Shown: one piece after another, positions 9,291 through 18,265 of the stretch
How the letters are laid out: each line of letters begins with the position of its first letter
How positions within the stretch are numbered: position 1 is the first letter of the stretch
Source: a virus
Lineage: Duplodnaviria; Heunggongvirae; Uroviricota; Caudoviricetes
Virus record (IMG/VR): IMGVR_UViG_2695420380_000015
Direction: 5' to 3' (one strand)
Length of the DNA stretch: 39,317 nucleotides
Program-made: the position numbers and the translations under genes
Notes under the pieces: model-generated
What the model saw: the letters and a program-made list of their open reading frames with translations, nothing else
What the model was told of the DNA's origin: nothing
Database searches by the model: none

Positions 9291-9662
9291 CATTGATTTG
9301 GTAACTTCTTTAATTAGATCAAATGGTGCGTCTGTAAACTCCTTTTTGATTCTTTCAAGGATTGGTTTTTTTCTCAGGGCGTTAGCTAAATCATGCCCCT
9401 GCTGGGTAAGCATAATGGGCGTGTTTCTGAAACCAACGCCCAGAGAATGGAAAAAGAAACCAATATATTTGGGTGTTTCTGACTGCATATCACCATTAAC
9501 AATTGAGCCATTATCAGCGAGAAGCATAAGATGAAAAACTTTTTTATCCTTTTCCTCTCCTTCTGCCTCAGCCATGCCCAGATCCTGTAGTGTAAGGAAA
9601 GGTGTTTCAGCATCCTGAAAAGTTGTGAGAATACTTAATACTTCATCGTAATCTATTTTCAT
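9252..9662 (-). CDS. Hypothetical protein (136 aa) on the opposite strand inside the early operon; AT-rich moron-like insert
   Basis: Only sizeable minus-strand ORF in the early region; visibly AT-enriched codon usage; GC-rich dyad GGCGGC-N8-GCCGCC (about 9686-9705) upstream of its start. Confidence 0.5.
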   Translation of the reverse strand: MKIDYDEVLSILTTFQDAETPFLTLQDLGMAEAEGEEKDKKVFHLMLLADNGSIVNGDMQSETPKYIGFFFHSLGVGFRNTPIMLTQQGHDLANALRKKPILERIKKEFTDAPFDLIKEVTKSMLTRFVKERIGID

Positions 9663-9726
9663 ATCGATACCTTTAGTTTTATCCGGGCGGCGTTGCCATG
9701 CCGCCTGTTGTTACGGAGACACGATA

Positions 9727-10311
9727 ATGAATCGCGCTTCCCTGATTACCTTAATACATGTCGCAAAACGCGATCTACAGCTTGACCATGAGACCTACAC
9801 ATCCGTACTACTGGCAGCCACCGGCAAACCCAGTTGCCGGGATATGTCACCGGATGAGTTATCCCGCGTGCTGGATGTTTTCAAAAAACGCGGTTTTAAA
9901 GTGCGTCAGAAGCCGGTTAACCGGGCCTTAAAACCGGGGACGGTGACCGCCAAAATTCGCGCCATCTGGAAAGTGATGCACCGGCAGGGCTTTATCGCTG
10001 ATGGCGGGGNNNNNNNNNNNNNNNNNNNNNNNNNNNNNNNNNNNNNNNNNNNNNNNNNNNNNNNNNNNNNNNNNNNNNNNNNNNNNNNNNNNNNNNNNNN
10101 NNNNNNNNNNNNNNNNNNNNNNNNNNNNNNNNNNNNNNNNNNNNNNNNNNNNNNNNNNNNNNNNNNNNNNNNNNNNNNGGCCTCTGATGTGCTGGAGCGT
10201 CTCAAACGCTGGCACCGCCGCAAAATGCTGGATGTGCTGGGGATGTCAGCGCGTACAGTGATAAGTTATGAGCGCGTTTGCAGGCTGTATGAAAAATCAT
10301 TCCCCCGTTAA
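9727..10311 (+). CDS. GemA-like (Mu gp16-like) early regulatory protein; interior masked by N run 10010-10178
   Basis: Position immediately upstream of the Mor/C-family gene, and N-terminal sequence (MNRASLITLIHVAKRDLQLDHETY...) typical of Mu-like gp16/GemA proteins as remembered. Confidence 0.6.
   Translation: MNRASLITLIHVAKRDLQLDHETYTSVLLAATGKPSCRDMSPDELSRVLDVFKKRGFKVRQKPVNRALKPGTVTAKIRAIWKVMHRQGFIADGGXXXXXXXXXXXXXXXXXXXXXXXXXXXXXXXXXXXXXXXXXXXXXXXXXXXXXXXXXASDVLERLKRWHRRKMLDVLGMSARTVISYERVCRLYEKSFPR
10010..10178. other. Run of N inside the GemA-like gene
   Basis: 169 consecutive n characters. Confidence 0.99.
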
Positions 10312-10315
10312 CTCC

Positions 10316-10347
10316 AAATCCCGCCACAGCGCGGGATTTTTATTTTA
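10316..10347 (+). terminator. Rho-independent terminator: 9-bp perfect stem AAATCCCGC / GCGGGATTT, 6-nt loop, then TTTTTATTTT
   Basis: Read directly from the sequence, 5 nt after the GemA-like stop; a likely end of the early transcript. Confidence 0.6.
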
Positions 10348-10381
10348 AACTTGCCCTGTGTAATGATGACCGGAGGCGGGT

Positions 10382-10804
10382 ATGGCTGAAACACAGATGA
10401 GCATGTTTGGTGACAGCGAACAGCTGCACGCGCTGATTGACCGTCTGGATGATATTCCTGATGATGAGCTGAAAAAGAACTGGCCCGGCACGCTGCGGGA
10501 CCTGGTTGATGTGATCAGTGCTGAACTGCACCGTCAGGGGATTGAACCTGCTCAGGCGGGAATGCTTGCCCGTAAAGTTGCGGCCGCACAGGCCGGGTAC
10601 ATGGGCGGGCGTGGTTATTATCTCCCGGTCGGTGAATCCCTTTTCACCGAACTGCGCAATAATGAGATTTTTTCCCGCTGGAGCCAGGGCGAAAAAATTG
10701 AAACCCTGCGCCGCCACTACCAGATGTCAGAGACGCAGATTTACTCCGTTATCCGTAACCAGCGCCGCCTGCATCAGGAACGCACGCAGCCCCGGCTTTT
10801 CTGA
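10382..10804 (+). CDS. Mor/C-family transcriptional activator of middle/late genes
   Basis: 140-aa product with an acidic N-terminus and a C-terminal HTH-like region (RRHYQMSETQIYSVIRNQRR), matching Mor/C architecture; sits directly upstream of the lysis genes after a terminator. Confidence 0.75.
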   Translation: MAETQMSMFGDSEQLHALIDRLDDIPDDELKKNWPGTLRDLVDVISAELHRQGIEPAQAGMLARKVAAAQAGYMGGRGYYLPVGESLFTELRNNEIFSRWSQGEKIETLRRHYQMSETQIYSVIRNQRRLHQERTQPRLF

Positions 10805-10875
10805 TATTCCGCAAATCCTGCCCACTTTTTCCCACGGTTACGCTGACTCAGAGAACACCATGAGACAGCGTAACA

Positions 10876-11376
10876 ATGCCAAAACTCCCCGCACCCCTGC
10901 GTAAAAAGCTGATTGCCCTTGTTCTGGCCGGAGCCGGGACGTTCACCATTGCCACGCACTACACCGGCTACTGGGAAGGGAAAGAAAACACCACGTACAT
11001 TGATCCCACCGGCACCCCCACCATCTGTTACGGCCATACCGGCCCGGATGTGAAACCGGGGATGACAAAAACTGATGAAGAGTGTCTGGAGCTGCTGGAA
11101 AAGGACATGAAATGGGCCTTTGCGGCTATCGATCGTCATGTTCAGGTGCCGCTTACCCGTGGTCAGACGGTGGCGTTGGCCTCCTGGATTTTCTGGGCCG
11201 GTGAAACGAACTTTCGCAACTCCACGCTCCTGCGCCTTATCAATGCCGGGCAGATGCCCGCGTCCTGTAAGCAGTATATCCGCTGGATTTATTCAAAGGG
11301 GGTGAAACTCCCCGGTCTTGAGGCCCGCCGTTCGGCGGATGAATGGTTATGTCGTTACGACTTGCCGAAAGTCTGA
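10876..11376 (+). CDS. lys: Endolysin, T4-lysozyme-like muramidase (GH24) with an N-terminal signal-anchor (SAR-type) segment
   Basis: Catalytic triad spacing E-x8-D-x5-T (YWEGKENTTYIDPTGTPT) is present; N-terminal hydrophobic stretch LIALVLAGAGTFTIA. Confidence 0.85.
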   Translation: MPKLPAPLRKKLIALVLAGAGTFTIATHYTGYWEGKENTTYIDPTGTPTICYGHTGPDVKPGMTKTDEECLELLEKDMKWAFAAIDRHVQVPLTRGQTVALASWIFWAGETNFRNSTLLRLINAGQMPASCKQYIRWIYSKGVKLPGLEARRSADEWLCRYDLPKV

Positions 11377-11488
11377 ACCGTTTCTGGCGACCGCTCATGA
11401 TTGCGCTGCTGTGTGCTGTTGTGGTGCTGCGGGGTGTGCTGTGGCTGCGGTGAATAATCCCTTACCAGCCCTGATTGCCGGAGGCTGT

Positions 11489-11839
11489 ATGGCGGCGCTG
11501 GGGGTGATGAGTGTGCTGGCTGCCGTGGTATGGGGAATGCACCAGAAGACGCAGCGCCTTGAGGACAATAATCATGTGCTTGTGCGTGAACGGGACGAAG
11601 CCCGTCTGGTGCTGGCAAACCAGCAACGCACCCTGCAACTCATTTCACAAATCAGTAAGGCGGCCACGAATGAAAAACAGCAGAACATGCAGCACAGCGA
11701 GGAACAGCAGAGCATTGTCCGCCGGTCGCTGGCAACGGTGCCTGCGGCCGCTGTTCCTGTGCCTGATGATGTGGCTGACCGGGTGCGGCGGGCCGTCTGT
11801 GAAATACGTGCCGGTGAAGCCGGTGCCGATCCCCGCTGA
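11489..11839 (+). CDS. i-spanin (Rz-like): N-terminal TM helix plus periplasmic coiled coil
   Basis: ATG at 11489 with GGAGG 4-5 nt upstream; N-terminal TM MAALGVMSVLAAVVWG then a charged Q/E/R-rich helix. Track ORF 11318..11839 is the same frame but overlaps lys. Confidence 0.6.
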   Translation: MAALGVMSVLAAVVWGMHQKTQRLEDNNHVLVRERDEARLVLANQQRTLQLISQISKAATNEKQQNMQHSEEQQSIVRRSLATVPAAAVPVPDDVADRVRRAVCEIRAGEAGADPR

Positions 11840-12041
11840 ATGGCTGGCTGACTGTCTGGTCCCTTCTGTGCCGCAGCCGTTCACGTTTGGCGCATCGGTC
11901 ACTTACAACCTGCAACTGCTGGCGGTGATTAAGAACTGCAACGTGGACAAGGCCAGCATCCGCCGTCTGGAGGTACGGCGACAGCATGAATTTACTGATA
12001 TGGCCGGAACGTCTGCTGTTCCGGCAGGAAAGACGAAGTAA
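11670..12041 (+). CDS. o-spanin (Rz1-like outer-membrane lipoprotein), partly embedded in the i-spanin gene in another frame; start uncertain (ATG 11670 or TTG 11715)
   Basis: Lipobox L-T-G-C (LFLCLMMWLTGCGG) after a basic/hydrophobic leader; Pro-rich mature part; overlaps and extends past the i-spanin gene. Confidence 0.6.
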   Translation: MKNSRTCSTARNSRALSAGRWQRCLRPLFLCLMMWLTGCGGPSVKYVPVKPVPIPAEWLADCLVPSVPQPFTFGASVTYNLQLLAVIKNCNVDKASIRRLEVRRQHEFTDMAGTSAVPAGKTK

Positions 12042-12051
12042 GGAAAAAGGT

Positions 12052-12279
12052 ATGGATGATTCAGATTGTGCTCAGGCAGTCATGGAGCGGGCAACAGAAC
12101 GCGCCCTTTGTGACCGGCTGACACGTAAGTGCCGGGTGGAGGATACTCCGGGCAGGCGTGTATGCGCAGACTGCGGGGGTGACATTCCGGCCGCCCGTCT
12201 GGTTGCCGTGCCGGATGCCATCCGTTGTGTGAACTGCCAGAGCATCATGGAGGCCGGTCATGTGGATCAGCATCGTTAA
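12052..12279 (+). CDS. TraR/DksA-family C4 zinc-finger protein
   Basis: ATG at 12052 after AAGGAAAAAGG; CxxC-x17-CxxC pattern (CADCGGDIPAARLVAVPDAIRCVNC). Confidence 0.65.
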   Translation: MDDSDCAQAVMERATERALCDRLTRKCRVEDTPGRRVCADCGGDIPAARLVAVPDAIRCVNCQSIMEAGHVDQHR

Positions 12280-12571
12280 AGATTATGTCGTGCCGATCCT
12301 GTCGGCAACGGCCACGGCCGGGGGGATCTTTATGGCGCTGATGCGCAAAACCTTTGTCCCCCGCGAGGCCTTTGAAAAACTCTCCGACCGGGTTGAGCGG
12401 GTGGAGAGCCGGATTTCCGGCCTGCCCACGCAGCAGGAGGTGAACAGACTCAATATCGAAATCACCACCCTGCGCGGTGAGCTTAAGGCCACCAATGCCA
12501 CCCTGAAATCCGTCTCCCACCAGAACGAACTGCTGCTGGAGCAGGCTGTAAGGAAAAAACACAATGAGTGA
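12260..12571 (+). CDS. Membrane-anchored coiled-coil protein at the position of Mu gp25 (possible endolysin 'releasin' or holin-like lysis factor)
   Basis: N-terminal TM segment (VVPILSATATAGGIFMALM) followed by a coiled-coil region; located at the end of the lysis cassette. Confidence 0.5.
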   Translation: MWISIVKDYVVPILSATATAGGIFMALMRKTFVPREAFEKLSDRVERVESRISGLPTQQEVNRLNIEITTLRGELKATNATLKSVSHQNELLLEQAVRKKHNE

Positions 12572-12854
12572 TTTCATTACTGAAGATCAGCGTCTTGTCA
12601 TTCTGCGGTCGCTGGCGGATTACAACGGCGAACTGGGCGAATCCGTGCTTCAGGACTGCCTGGATGATTACGGCCACCGCGTGTCCCGCGACACCGTGCA
12701 TACCCATATTGCCTGGCTTGCCGAGCAGGGACTGGTGCGTAAGCGCACGCTTGTTAACGGTTATTTCATCGTTGAACTGACCGGCCGGGGTCAGGATGTG
12801 GCGGAAGGCCGCGCCACCGTTCCGGGTGTGAAGAAACCACGCGCAAGGGGGTAA
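12564..12854 (+). CDS. Hypothetical late protein (Mu gp26 position)
   Basis: 96-aa ORF coupled to its neighbours; no motif recognised. Confidence 0.5.
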   Translation: MSDFITEDQRLVILRSLADYNGELGESVLQDCLDDYGHRVSRDTVHTHIAWLAEQGLVRKRTLVNGYFIVELTGRGQDVAEGRATVPGVKKPRARG

Positions 12855-12856
12855 CG

Positions 12857-13438
12857 ATGGATAAGCCAACGCGTGGCCGTGTACGCAAGGTGGATTTGCT
12901 CCCCGACAGCATCCGTAAGCCGCTGCTGGAAATGCTGCGTGAAAAACGCCTGACGCAGGTCCAGATCCGCGAGGAAATCAACCGCCTGATCCGTGAGGCG
13001 GGTCTGCCGGAAGAGCAGCAGCTTTCACCGGCGGCCATCAGCCGGGAGGCCTCCCGTAATGAGCTGATTGCCCGTAACCTGCGTGATTTACGCGAGCAGA
13101 CAAAAGCCATGATGGCCGAACTGGGGGACAAGCCGACCGGTGAAACCACGGCACTGATTCTGGAAATGTCCCGCGCCCTGATGTACCGCCGTCTGCGTGC
13201 TGCCACCGAATCCCTGAACAGCGACAGCGATGTGGATATGCGCCTTATTAAGGACATCCTCCTGTCGGCACAGCGTGCGGAAAGTGCCGCCGAGCGCAGC
13301 ATTAAGCGTGAAAAAGAAATCCGGGCCGCATTTGCTGAAGAGATGGCGAACGCCGTCACCGACGAGTTGCGCGGCGTGGATGGCATGAGCGAGCAGATAG
13401 AATTCCGTATCAGGCAGATGCTGCTTGGTAAGGCGTAG
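12857..13438 (+). CDS. Mu gp27-like protein (putative terminase small subunit)
   Basis: 193-aa basic, helical protein directly upstream of the large terminase; N-terminal motif MDKPTRGRVRKVDLLPDSIRKPLLEMLRE consistent with Mu gp27-like proteins as remembered. Confidence 0.6.
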   Translation: MDKPTRGRVRKVDLLPDSIRKPLLEMLREKRLTQVQIREEINRLIREAGLPEEQQLSPAAISREASRNELIARNLRDLREQTKAMMAELGDKPTGETTALILEMSRALMYRRLRAATESLNSDSDVDMRLIKDILLSAQRAESAAERSIKREKEIRAAFAEEMANAVTDELRGVDGMSEQIEFRIRQMLLGKA

Positions 13439-13448
13439 GAGGTGAATC

Positions 13449-13697
13449 GTGGTAACAGATAACCGCTCACTGATGAGTAGTGCTCATCAGAAGGCATTCA
13501 GTCTTGCAACACAGTTACCTCCTGAAACCATAAAAGCGTGTCGTGAGTTGACTGAACTCAGCATTGCCGGGGAAATATCCCTGGAACAACTGCATTCGCT
13601 GCTGGCAGAGGCTGTCACTGATGAGTTGAGTGGCGTGGACGTGATGACTGAAGAGCTTGAGTTCCGAATCAAAAGCATTCTGACAGGTAAAGCCTGA
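13449..13697 (+). CDS. Small ORF (82 aa) whose C-terminal 28 aa are a diverged duplicate of the gp27-like C-terminus
   Basis: GTG start with AGGAGG 7 nt upstream. C-terminus AVTDELSGVDVMTEELEFRIKSILTGKA versus upstream AVTDELRGVDGMSEQIEFRIRQMLLGKA; stop overlaps the terminase start. Confidence 0.5.
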   Translation: MVTDNRSLMSSAHQKAFSLATQLPPETIKACRELTELSIAGEISLEQLHSLLAEAVTDELSGVDVMTEELEFRIKSILTGKA

Positions 13698-15361
13698 TGA
13701 ACAAAGCCAAAGAAACGTCTCCTTCACTGATACAAATGACGCCTCCCCGCAAAATTGATCTGTCCGGTGAAAAAGCCCTGCTGGGCGTGGATGTGCCGGA
13801 CAGACTTGATTTGCCCGGTGATATGCCGGTGTTTCTGGATTATCAGGCCCGCTGGTTTGAGGATGAAAGTCAGGTCTGCATTGCGGAAAAATCCCGCCGC
13901 ACCGGTCTTACCTGGGCGGAAGCCGGGCGTAACGTCATTACTGCTGCAAAACCGAAGCGTCGTGGTGGCCGCAATGTGTTTTATGTGGGATCAAAGCAGG
14001 AGATGGCGCTGGAATATATTTCTGCCTGCGCCCTGTTCTCCCGCGCCTTTAACCAGCTGGCGGATGCTGATGTGTATGAGCAGACCTTCTGGGATCGGGA
14101 TAAAAAAGAAGAAATTCTGACCTACATGATCCGCTTTCCGAACAGTGGATTCAAAATTCAGGCACTGTCTTCCCGTCCGTCAAACCTGCGCGGCCTTCAG
14201 GGGGATGTGGTGATTGATGAAGCCGCGTTCCACGAGTCACTGGATGAGCTTCTCAAGGCGGCAATGGCGCTCACTATGTGGGGCGCGCGCGTGCGTATTA
14301 TCTCCACGCATAACGGCGTCGATAATCTGTTTAATCAGTACATTCAGGAAGCCCGCGAGGGGCGCAAGGATTACAGCGTCCACCGCATAACCCTGGATGA
14401 TGCCATTGCGGACGGGCTGTACCGTCGTATCTGTTACGTCACCGATCAGGAATGGTCACCGGAAAGCGAGCAGAAATGGCGTGATGATCTCTACAAAAAC
14501 GCCCCGACCCGTGAGGATGCCGACGAGGAATACGGCTGTATCCCGAAAAAATCCGGCGGTGCCTATATTCCTCACGCGCTTATTGAAATGGCGATGATCC
14601 GCGACATCCCGATTCTGACGTTTGAAGCCCCGGACAACTTCATCAGCCGTGCCGCATGGCTGCGTGAATCGGAAGTTTTAACCTGGTGTGAAGAACATTT
14701 AAAACCGCTTTTAGAGAAATTAAATCCCCGTTCCCGCTTCAGCTTCGGGGAAGACTTTGCCCGCACCGGTGACCTGTCCTGCTTTGTGCTGCTGGAAATC
14801 ACCGAATCCCTGGCAAAGCGCGAGGTGTTTCGCGTGGAGCTGCGCAACCTGCCGTATGCCCAGCAGGAACAGGTGATGATGTACATCCTGACCCGCGTTC
14901 CGGCGCTGGTCGGTGCGGCGTTCGACGCCACCGGTAACGGCGGCTATCTGGCAGAAGCCGCACTGCTGGCCTTTGGCCCGGACATCATCGACTGCGTGAT
15001 GTTGTCGCCGAAGTGGTACGGCGAGTGGATGCCAAAACTGAAAGCCGAGTTTGAAGATCAGAATATCCTCGTCGCCCGCCATCAGACCACGCTTGATGAT
15101 TTGCGCCATGTGAAGGTGGTGAATGGTATCCCGCAAATCGACAAGGGGCGCACGAAGGACCAGAACGCAACGGCTGCGAACGCCCGCCGCCATGGTGATT
15201 TTGCCGTGGCACTCTGTATGGCAAACCGGGCGTCATACATGGAGGGATTCATCCTGGATGAATCAGCCTGTCAGGCGCTGCCGGAGCGGTCGCGGGCAAT
15301 GGAGGGCGGTTATCGTGATGACGATGAGGCATATCATGAATTTGAACGGGGGTGCTGGTAG
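13697..15361 (+). CDS. Terminase large subunit (Mu gp28-like)
   Basis: 554-aa ORF with ATPase-like motifs (VFYVGSKQ, VVIDEAAF) and a C-terminal nuclease-like region; conserved position. Confidence 0.85.
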   Translation: MNKAKETSPSLIQMTPPRKIDLSGEKALLGVDVPDRLDLPGDMPVFLDYQARWFEDESQVCIAEKSRRTGLTWAEAGRNVITAAKPKRRGGRNVFYVGSKQEMALEYISACALFSRAFNQLADADVYEQTFWDRDKKEEILTYMIRFPNSGFKIQALSSRPSNLRGLQGDVVIDEAAFHESLDELLKAAMALTMWGARVRIISTHNGVDNLFNQYIQEAREGRKDYSVHRITLDDAIADGLYRRICYVTDQEWSPESEQKWRDDLYKNAPTREDADEEYGCIPKKSGGAYIPHALIEMAMIRDIPILTFEAPDNFISRAAWLRESEVLTWCEEHLKPLLEKLNPRSRFSFGEDFARTGDLSCFVLLEITESLAKREVFRVELRNLPYAQQEQVMMYILTRVPALVGAAFDATGNGGYLAEAALLAFGPDIIDCVMLSPKWYGEWMPKLKAEFEDQNILVARHQTTLDDLRHVKVVNGIPQIDKGRTKDQNATAANARRHGDFAVALCMANRASYMEGFILDESACQALPERSRAMEGGYRDDDEAYHEFERGCW

Positions 15362-16950
15362 TGGGACGCATAATTGATCTTGACGGAAAACCTCTCTCCT
15401 TTGACCCGGAGATGCAGAGTACCGCGCTGGATATTCCGCAGATTGCCAGCCGTTATGTTGAGCATCCCGCCTCGGGTATCACCCCGAACCGGGCGGCGCA
15501 GTGCCTTCGGGGGGCTGAACGTGGCGACCTGATTGCCCAGTCCGATCTGGCGGCTGACATTGAAGAAAAGGACACCCACCTTTTTGCGGAGCTGGGCAAG
15601 CGACGTCTTGCCATTCAGGGGGTGCCATGGAGTATTGAGCCGCCACCGAACGCCAGCGCGAATGAGAAAAAGGACGCGGAAATGCTCGACGAATATCTGC
15701 ATTCCGCAGACTGGTTTGATGCCATGCTGTTTGACGCCACGGATGCCATCCTGAAGGGCTATTCCTGCATGGAAATTGAGCACGGGATGCTCGGTAAAAT
15801 GCACATCATCCGCGCCATCCGCTGGCGTGACAGCGGGCATTTCTGCCTTAACCCGGATGATTTGAGCGAACTGCGGCTGCGTGACGGCAGCCATGCCGGG
15901 GTGGCGTTTCAGCCTTTTGGCTGGATAGTGCATCAGTCACGTTCACGGACCGGTTACGGTGGCGCAACGGGGCTTGTCAGGACGCTTATCTGGCCGTTCA
16001 TTTTCAAAAACTATTCCGTGCGCGATCTGGCCGAATTTCTGGAGGTGTACGGACTGCCGATGAAGGTCGGGAAATACCCGTCCGGGGCAACACCGGAGCA
16101 GAAAAGCGCCCTGATGCGGGCGGTGATGGATATCGGGCGACGTACAGGCGGGATCATCCCGGCCGGGATGTCGCTGGAATTTCAGGCGGCAGCAAACGGT
16201 CAGGCCGATCCATTTGAAACCATGATTTCGTGGGGGGAGCGTTCCATCTCCAAAGCAATACTCGGCGGCACGCTGACCACGGAAGCCGGAGACAAAGGCG
16301 CGCGCTCGCTGGGTGAGGTGCATAACGAGGTGCGCCGGGAAATCAGGGATTCTGATTTACGGCAGCTGGCTGCAACCCTGAACCGCGATCTGGTGTATCC
16401 GCTGTACGCCCTGAACACCACGCACACTATTGATATCCGCCGTCTGCCACGTATCTGCTTCCAGACCAAAGAACCAGGTGATATCACCAAAATCACCAGT
16501 GCGGTGATGCAGCTCAGTACGGGGATGGATATTTCTGATCCCTGGATACGGGAGCAGACCGGTATTCCGCAGCCCACGCCCGGTGAAGCCATATTCCGTG
16601 TCCGTCAGAGTGGCAATGAACCGGCTCAGACCGACAGGGAAACACCACCGGAAAAACAGGAAAAAACAGAGCAGACGGCGCTGTCAGCCAGACTGCCGGA
16701 AGCGAAAAGCACGCCGCGTGATGAACTGGATGATATGGGGGACGCGGTGCCTGCCCGCCGCTTACAGGAGGCCATCGACCCGGTACTGGAGCCGGTCATT
16801 GATGCCATCAGAACGCGGGGGCTGGCGGATGCGCTGGCAGACCTGCCTGCCCTTTATCGTGAAATGGATGATTCCCGCCTGATGACGCTGCTCAGTGATG
16901 CCATGTTCGCTGCGGAAATGAAGGGGATGCTGGATGACACAGGGGATTGA
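15352..16950 (+). CDS. Portal protein (Mu gp29-like)
   Basis: 532-aa ORF overlapping the terminase stop (GTG start); position and size typical of the Mu portal. Confidence 0.8.
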   Translation: MLVVGRIIDLDGKPLSFDPEMQSTALDIPQIASRYVEHPASGITPNRAAQCLRGAERGDLIAQSDLAADIEEKDTHLFAELGKRRLAIQGVPWSIEPPPNASANEKKDAEMLDEYLHSADWFDAMLFDATDAILKGYSCMEIEHGMLGKMHIIRAIRWRDSGHFCLNPDDLSELRLRDGSHAGVAFQPFGWIVHQSRSRTGYGGATGLVRTLIWPFIFKNYSVRDLAEFLEVYGLPMKVGKYPSGATPEQKSALMRAVMDIGRRTGGIIPAGMSLEFQAAANGQADPFETMISWGERSISKAILGGTLTTEAGDKGARSLGEVHNEVRREIRDSDLRQLAATLNRDLVYPLYALNTTHTIDIRRLPRICFQTKEPGDITKITSAVMQLSTGMDISDPWIREQTGIPQPTPGEAIFRVRQSGNEPAQTDRETPPEKQEKTEQTALSARLPEAKSTPRDELDDMGDAVPARRLQEAIDPVLEPVIDAIRTRGLADALADLPALYREMDDSRLMTLLSDAMFAAEMKGMLDDTGD

Positions 16951-18265
16951 TTTAGGTTATGCCGCCACGCTTCCCTCAAAAGAGGCGGTGGCATACTTCC
17001 GCGCCAAAGGGGAGCATATCAGCTGGAACTGGTTCGAAACAGACGCGGATGTTCATGCCCGTTCATTCACGGCGGCAAAAGTGGCACGCCTGGACGTACT
17101 GACCACACTACAGGCGGAAGTGCAGCGTGCTGTTGATGAGGGCATTTCACAGAAAGCATTTATCCGCACGCTGACACCCCGCCTGCAAAAGCTGGGATGG
17201 TGGGGAAAGCAGATTGTGGTGGACAGTGCAGGGAACGCGGAAGAAGTGCAGCTTGGCAGCCCCCGCCGTCTGGCGCTGATTTACAACGTGAACACCCGTG
17301 TGGCTTACAATGCCGGGCGTTACACGCAGATGATGAACAACACGGACACGCATCCGTTCTGGCAGTATGTGGCGGTGATGGACAGCCGCACCCGCCCGGC
17401 ACATTCCGCCCTTAACGGGCTGGTATTCCGCTATGATGATCCGTTCTGGAATACTCACTACCCGCCCAATGGCTGGAACTGTCGCTGCCGTGTGCGGCCA
17501 TTGTCTCAGGCCCGTCTGGATGCAATGGGGTTATCCGTTTCATCCGGTGAGGATCATCTCTCCACCCGCAATGTTGAGGCTGGCGTGGATAAACAGACCG
17601 GAGAAGTCAGAGAAATGCCGGTGACCACATATTCAGATGGCACCAGAACCATGACACCGGATGTGGGCTGGTCATATAACCCCGGCTCGGCAGCGTTCGG
17701 CACAGACCAGGCGCTGATCCGCAAACTGATCGAGGTGAAAAGCCCGGCGTTACGGGAAATGGTGGTTCAGGAGATGAACAACAGCCCGGAGCGGCAGCTG
17801 GCGTTCCGCATCTGGGCAAAAAACATCATGCAGACCCGGCGAGGTGGTAACGATATCCGCACGCTGGGCTTTATGACTGAAAGCATTGCGCAGGCAGTGG
17901 AAAGCCGGACGGGAACGCCACCGGCCCGCCTGCTGGCGATGAGCGGTAAAAATGTGCTCCATGCAGACAGTGTGAAACATCAGAATGACGGCATCGCCCT
18001 GATGCCAGAGGACTTCGGGCGCTTACCGGCAATGCTGGCAAAGCCAAAAGCGGTGCTGTGGGACAAACGGCACAACAATCTGATGTATATCGTGGAAAAT
18101 AAGGATGGCAGTGTGCAGATTGCCGTTAATGCACCGTACAGTCTGAAACGTCAGCCCGACAAACTGGATGTGATTGTGAATGCTTACCGGGTTATCAATA
18201 TGGATAAGCTGAAATCGGATATCCGGGGCGGAATGCTTGAGGTGCTGGAAGGACAAATTGATTAA
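16934..18265 (+). CDS. Head morphogenesis protein (Mu F / gp30-like)
   Basis: 443-aa ORF overlapping the portal gene end; Mu F-like position. Confidence 0.75.
   Translation: MTQGIDLGYAATLPSKEAVAYFRAKGEHISWNWFETDADVHARSFTAAKVARLDVLTTLQAEVQRAVDEGISQKAFIRTLTPRLQKLGWWGKQIVVDSAGNAEEVQLGSPRRLALIYNVNTRVAYNAGRYTQMMNNTDTHPFWQYVAVMDSRTRPAHSALNGLVFRYDDPFWNTHYPPNGWNCRCRVRPLSQARLDAMGLSVSSGEDHLSTRNVEAGVDKQTGEVREMPVTTYSDGTRTMTPDVGWSYNPGSAAFGTDQALIRKLIEVKSPALREMVVQEMNNSPERQLAFRIWAKNIMQTRRGGNDIRTLGFMTESIAQAVESRTGTPPARLLAMSGKNVLHADSVKHQNDGIALMPEDFGRLPAMLAKPKAVLWDKRHNNLMYIVENKDGSVQIAVNAPYSLKRQPDKLDVIVNAYRVINMDKLKSDIRGGMLEVLEGQID

Noticed and set aside
12766-13497. 243-aa minus-strand ORF overlapping the gp27-like gene
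   Set aside because: Ser/Arg-rich antisense translation of a coding region; no independent support.
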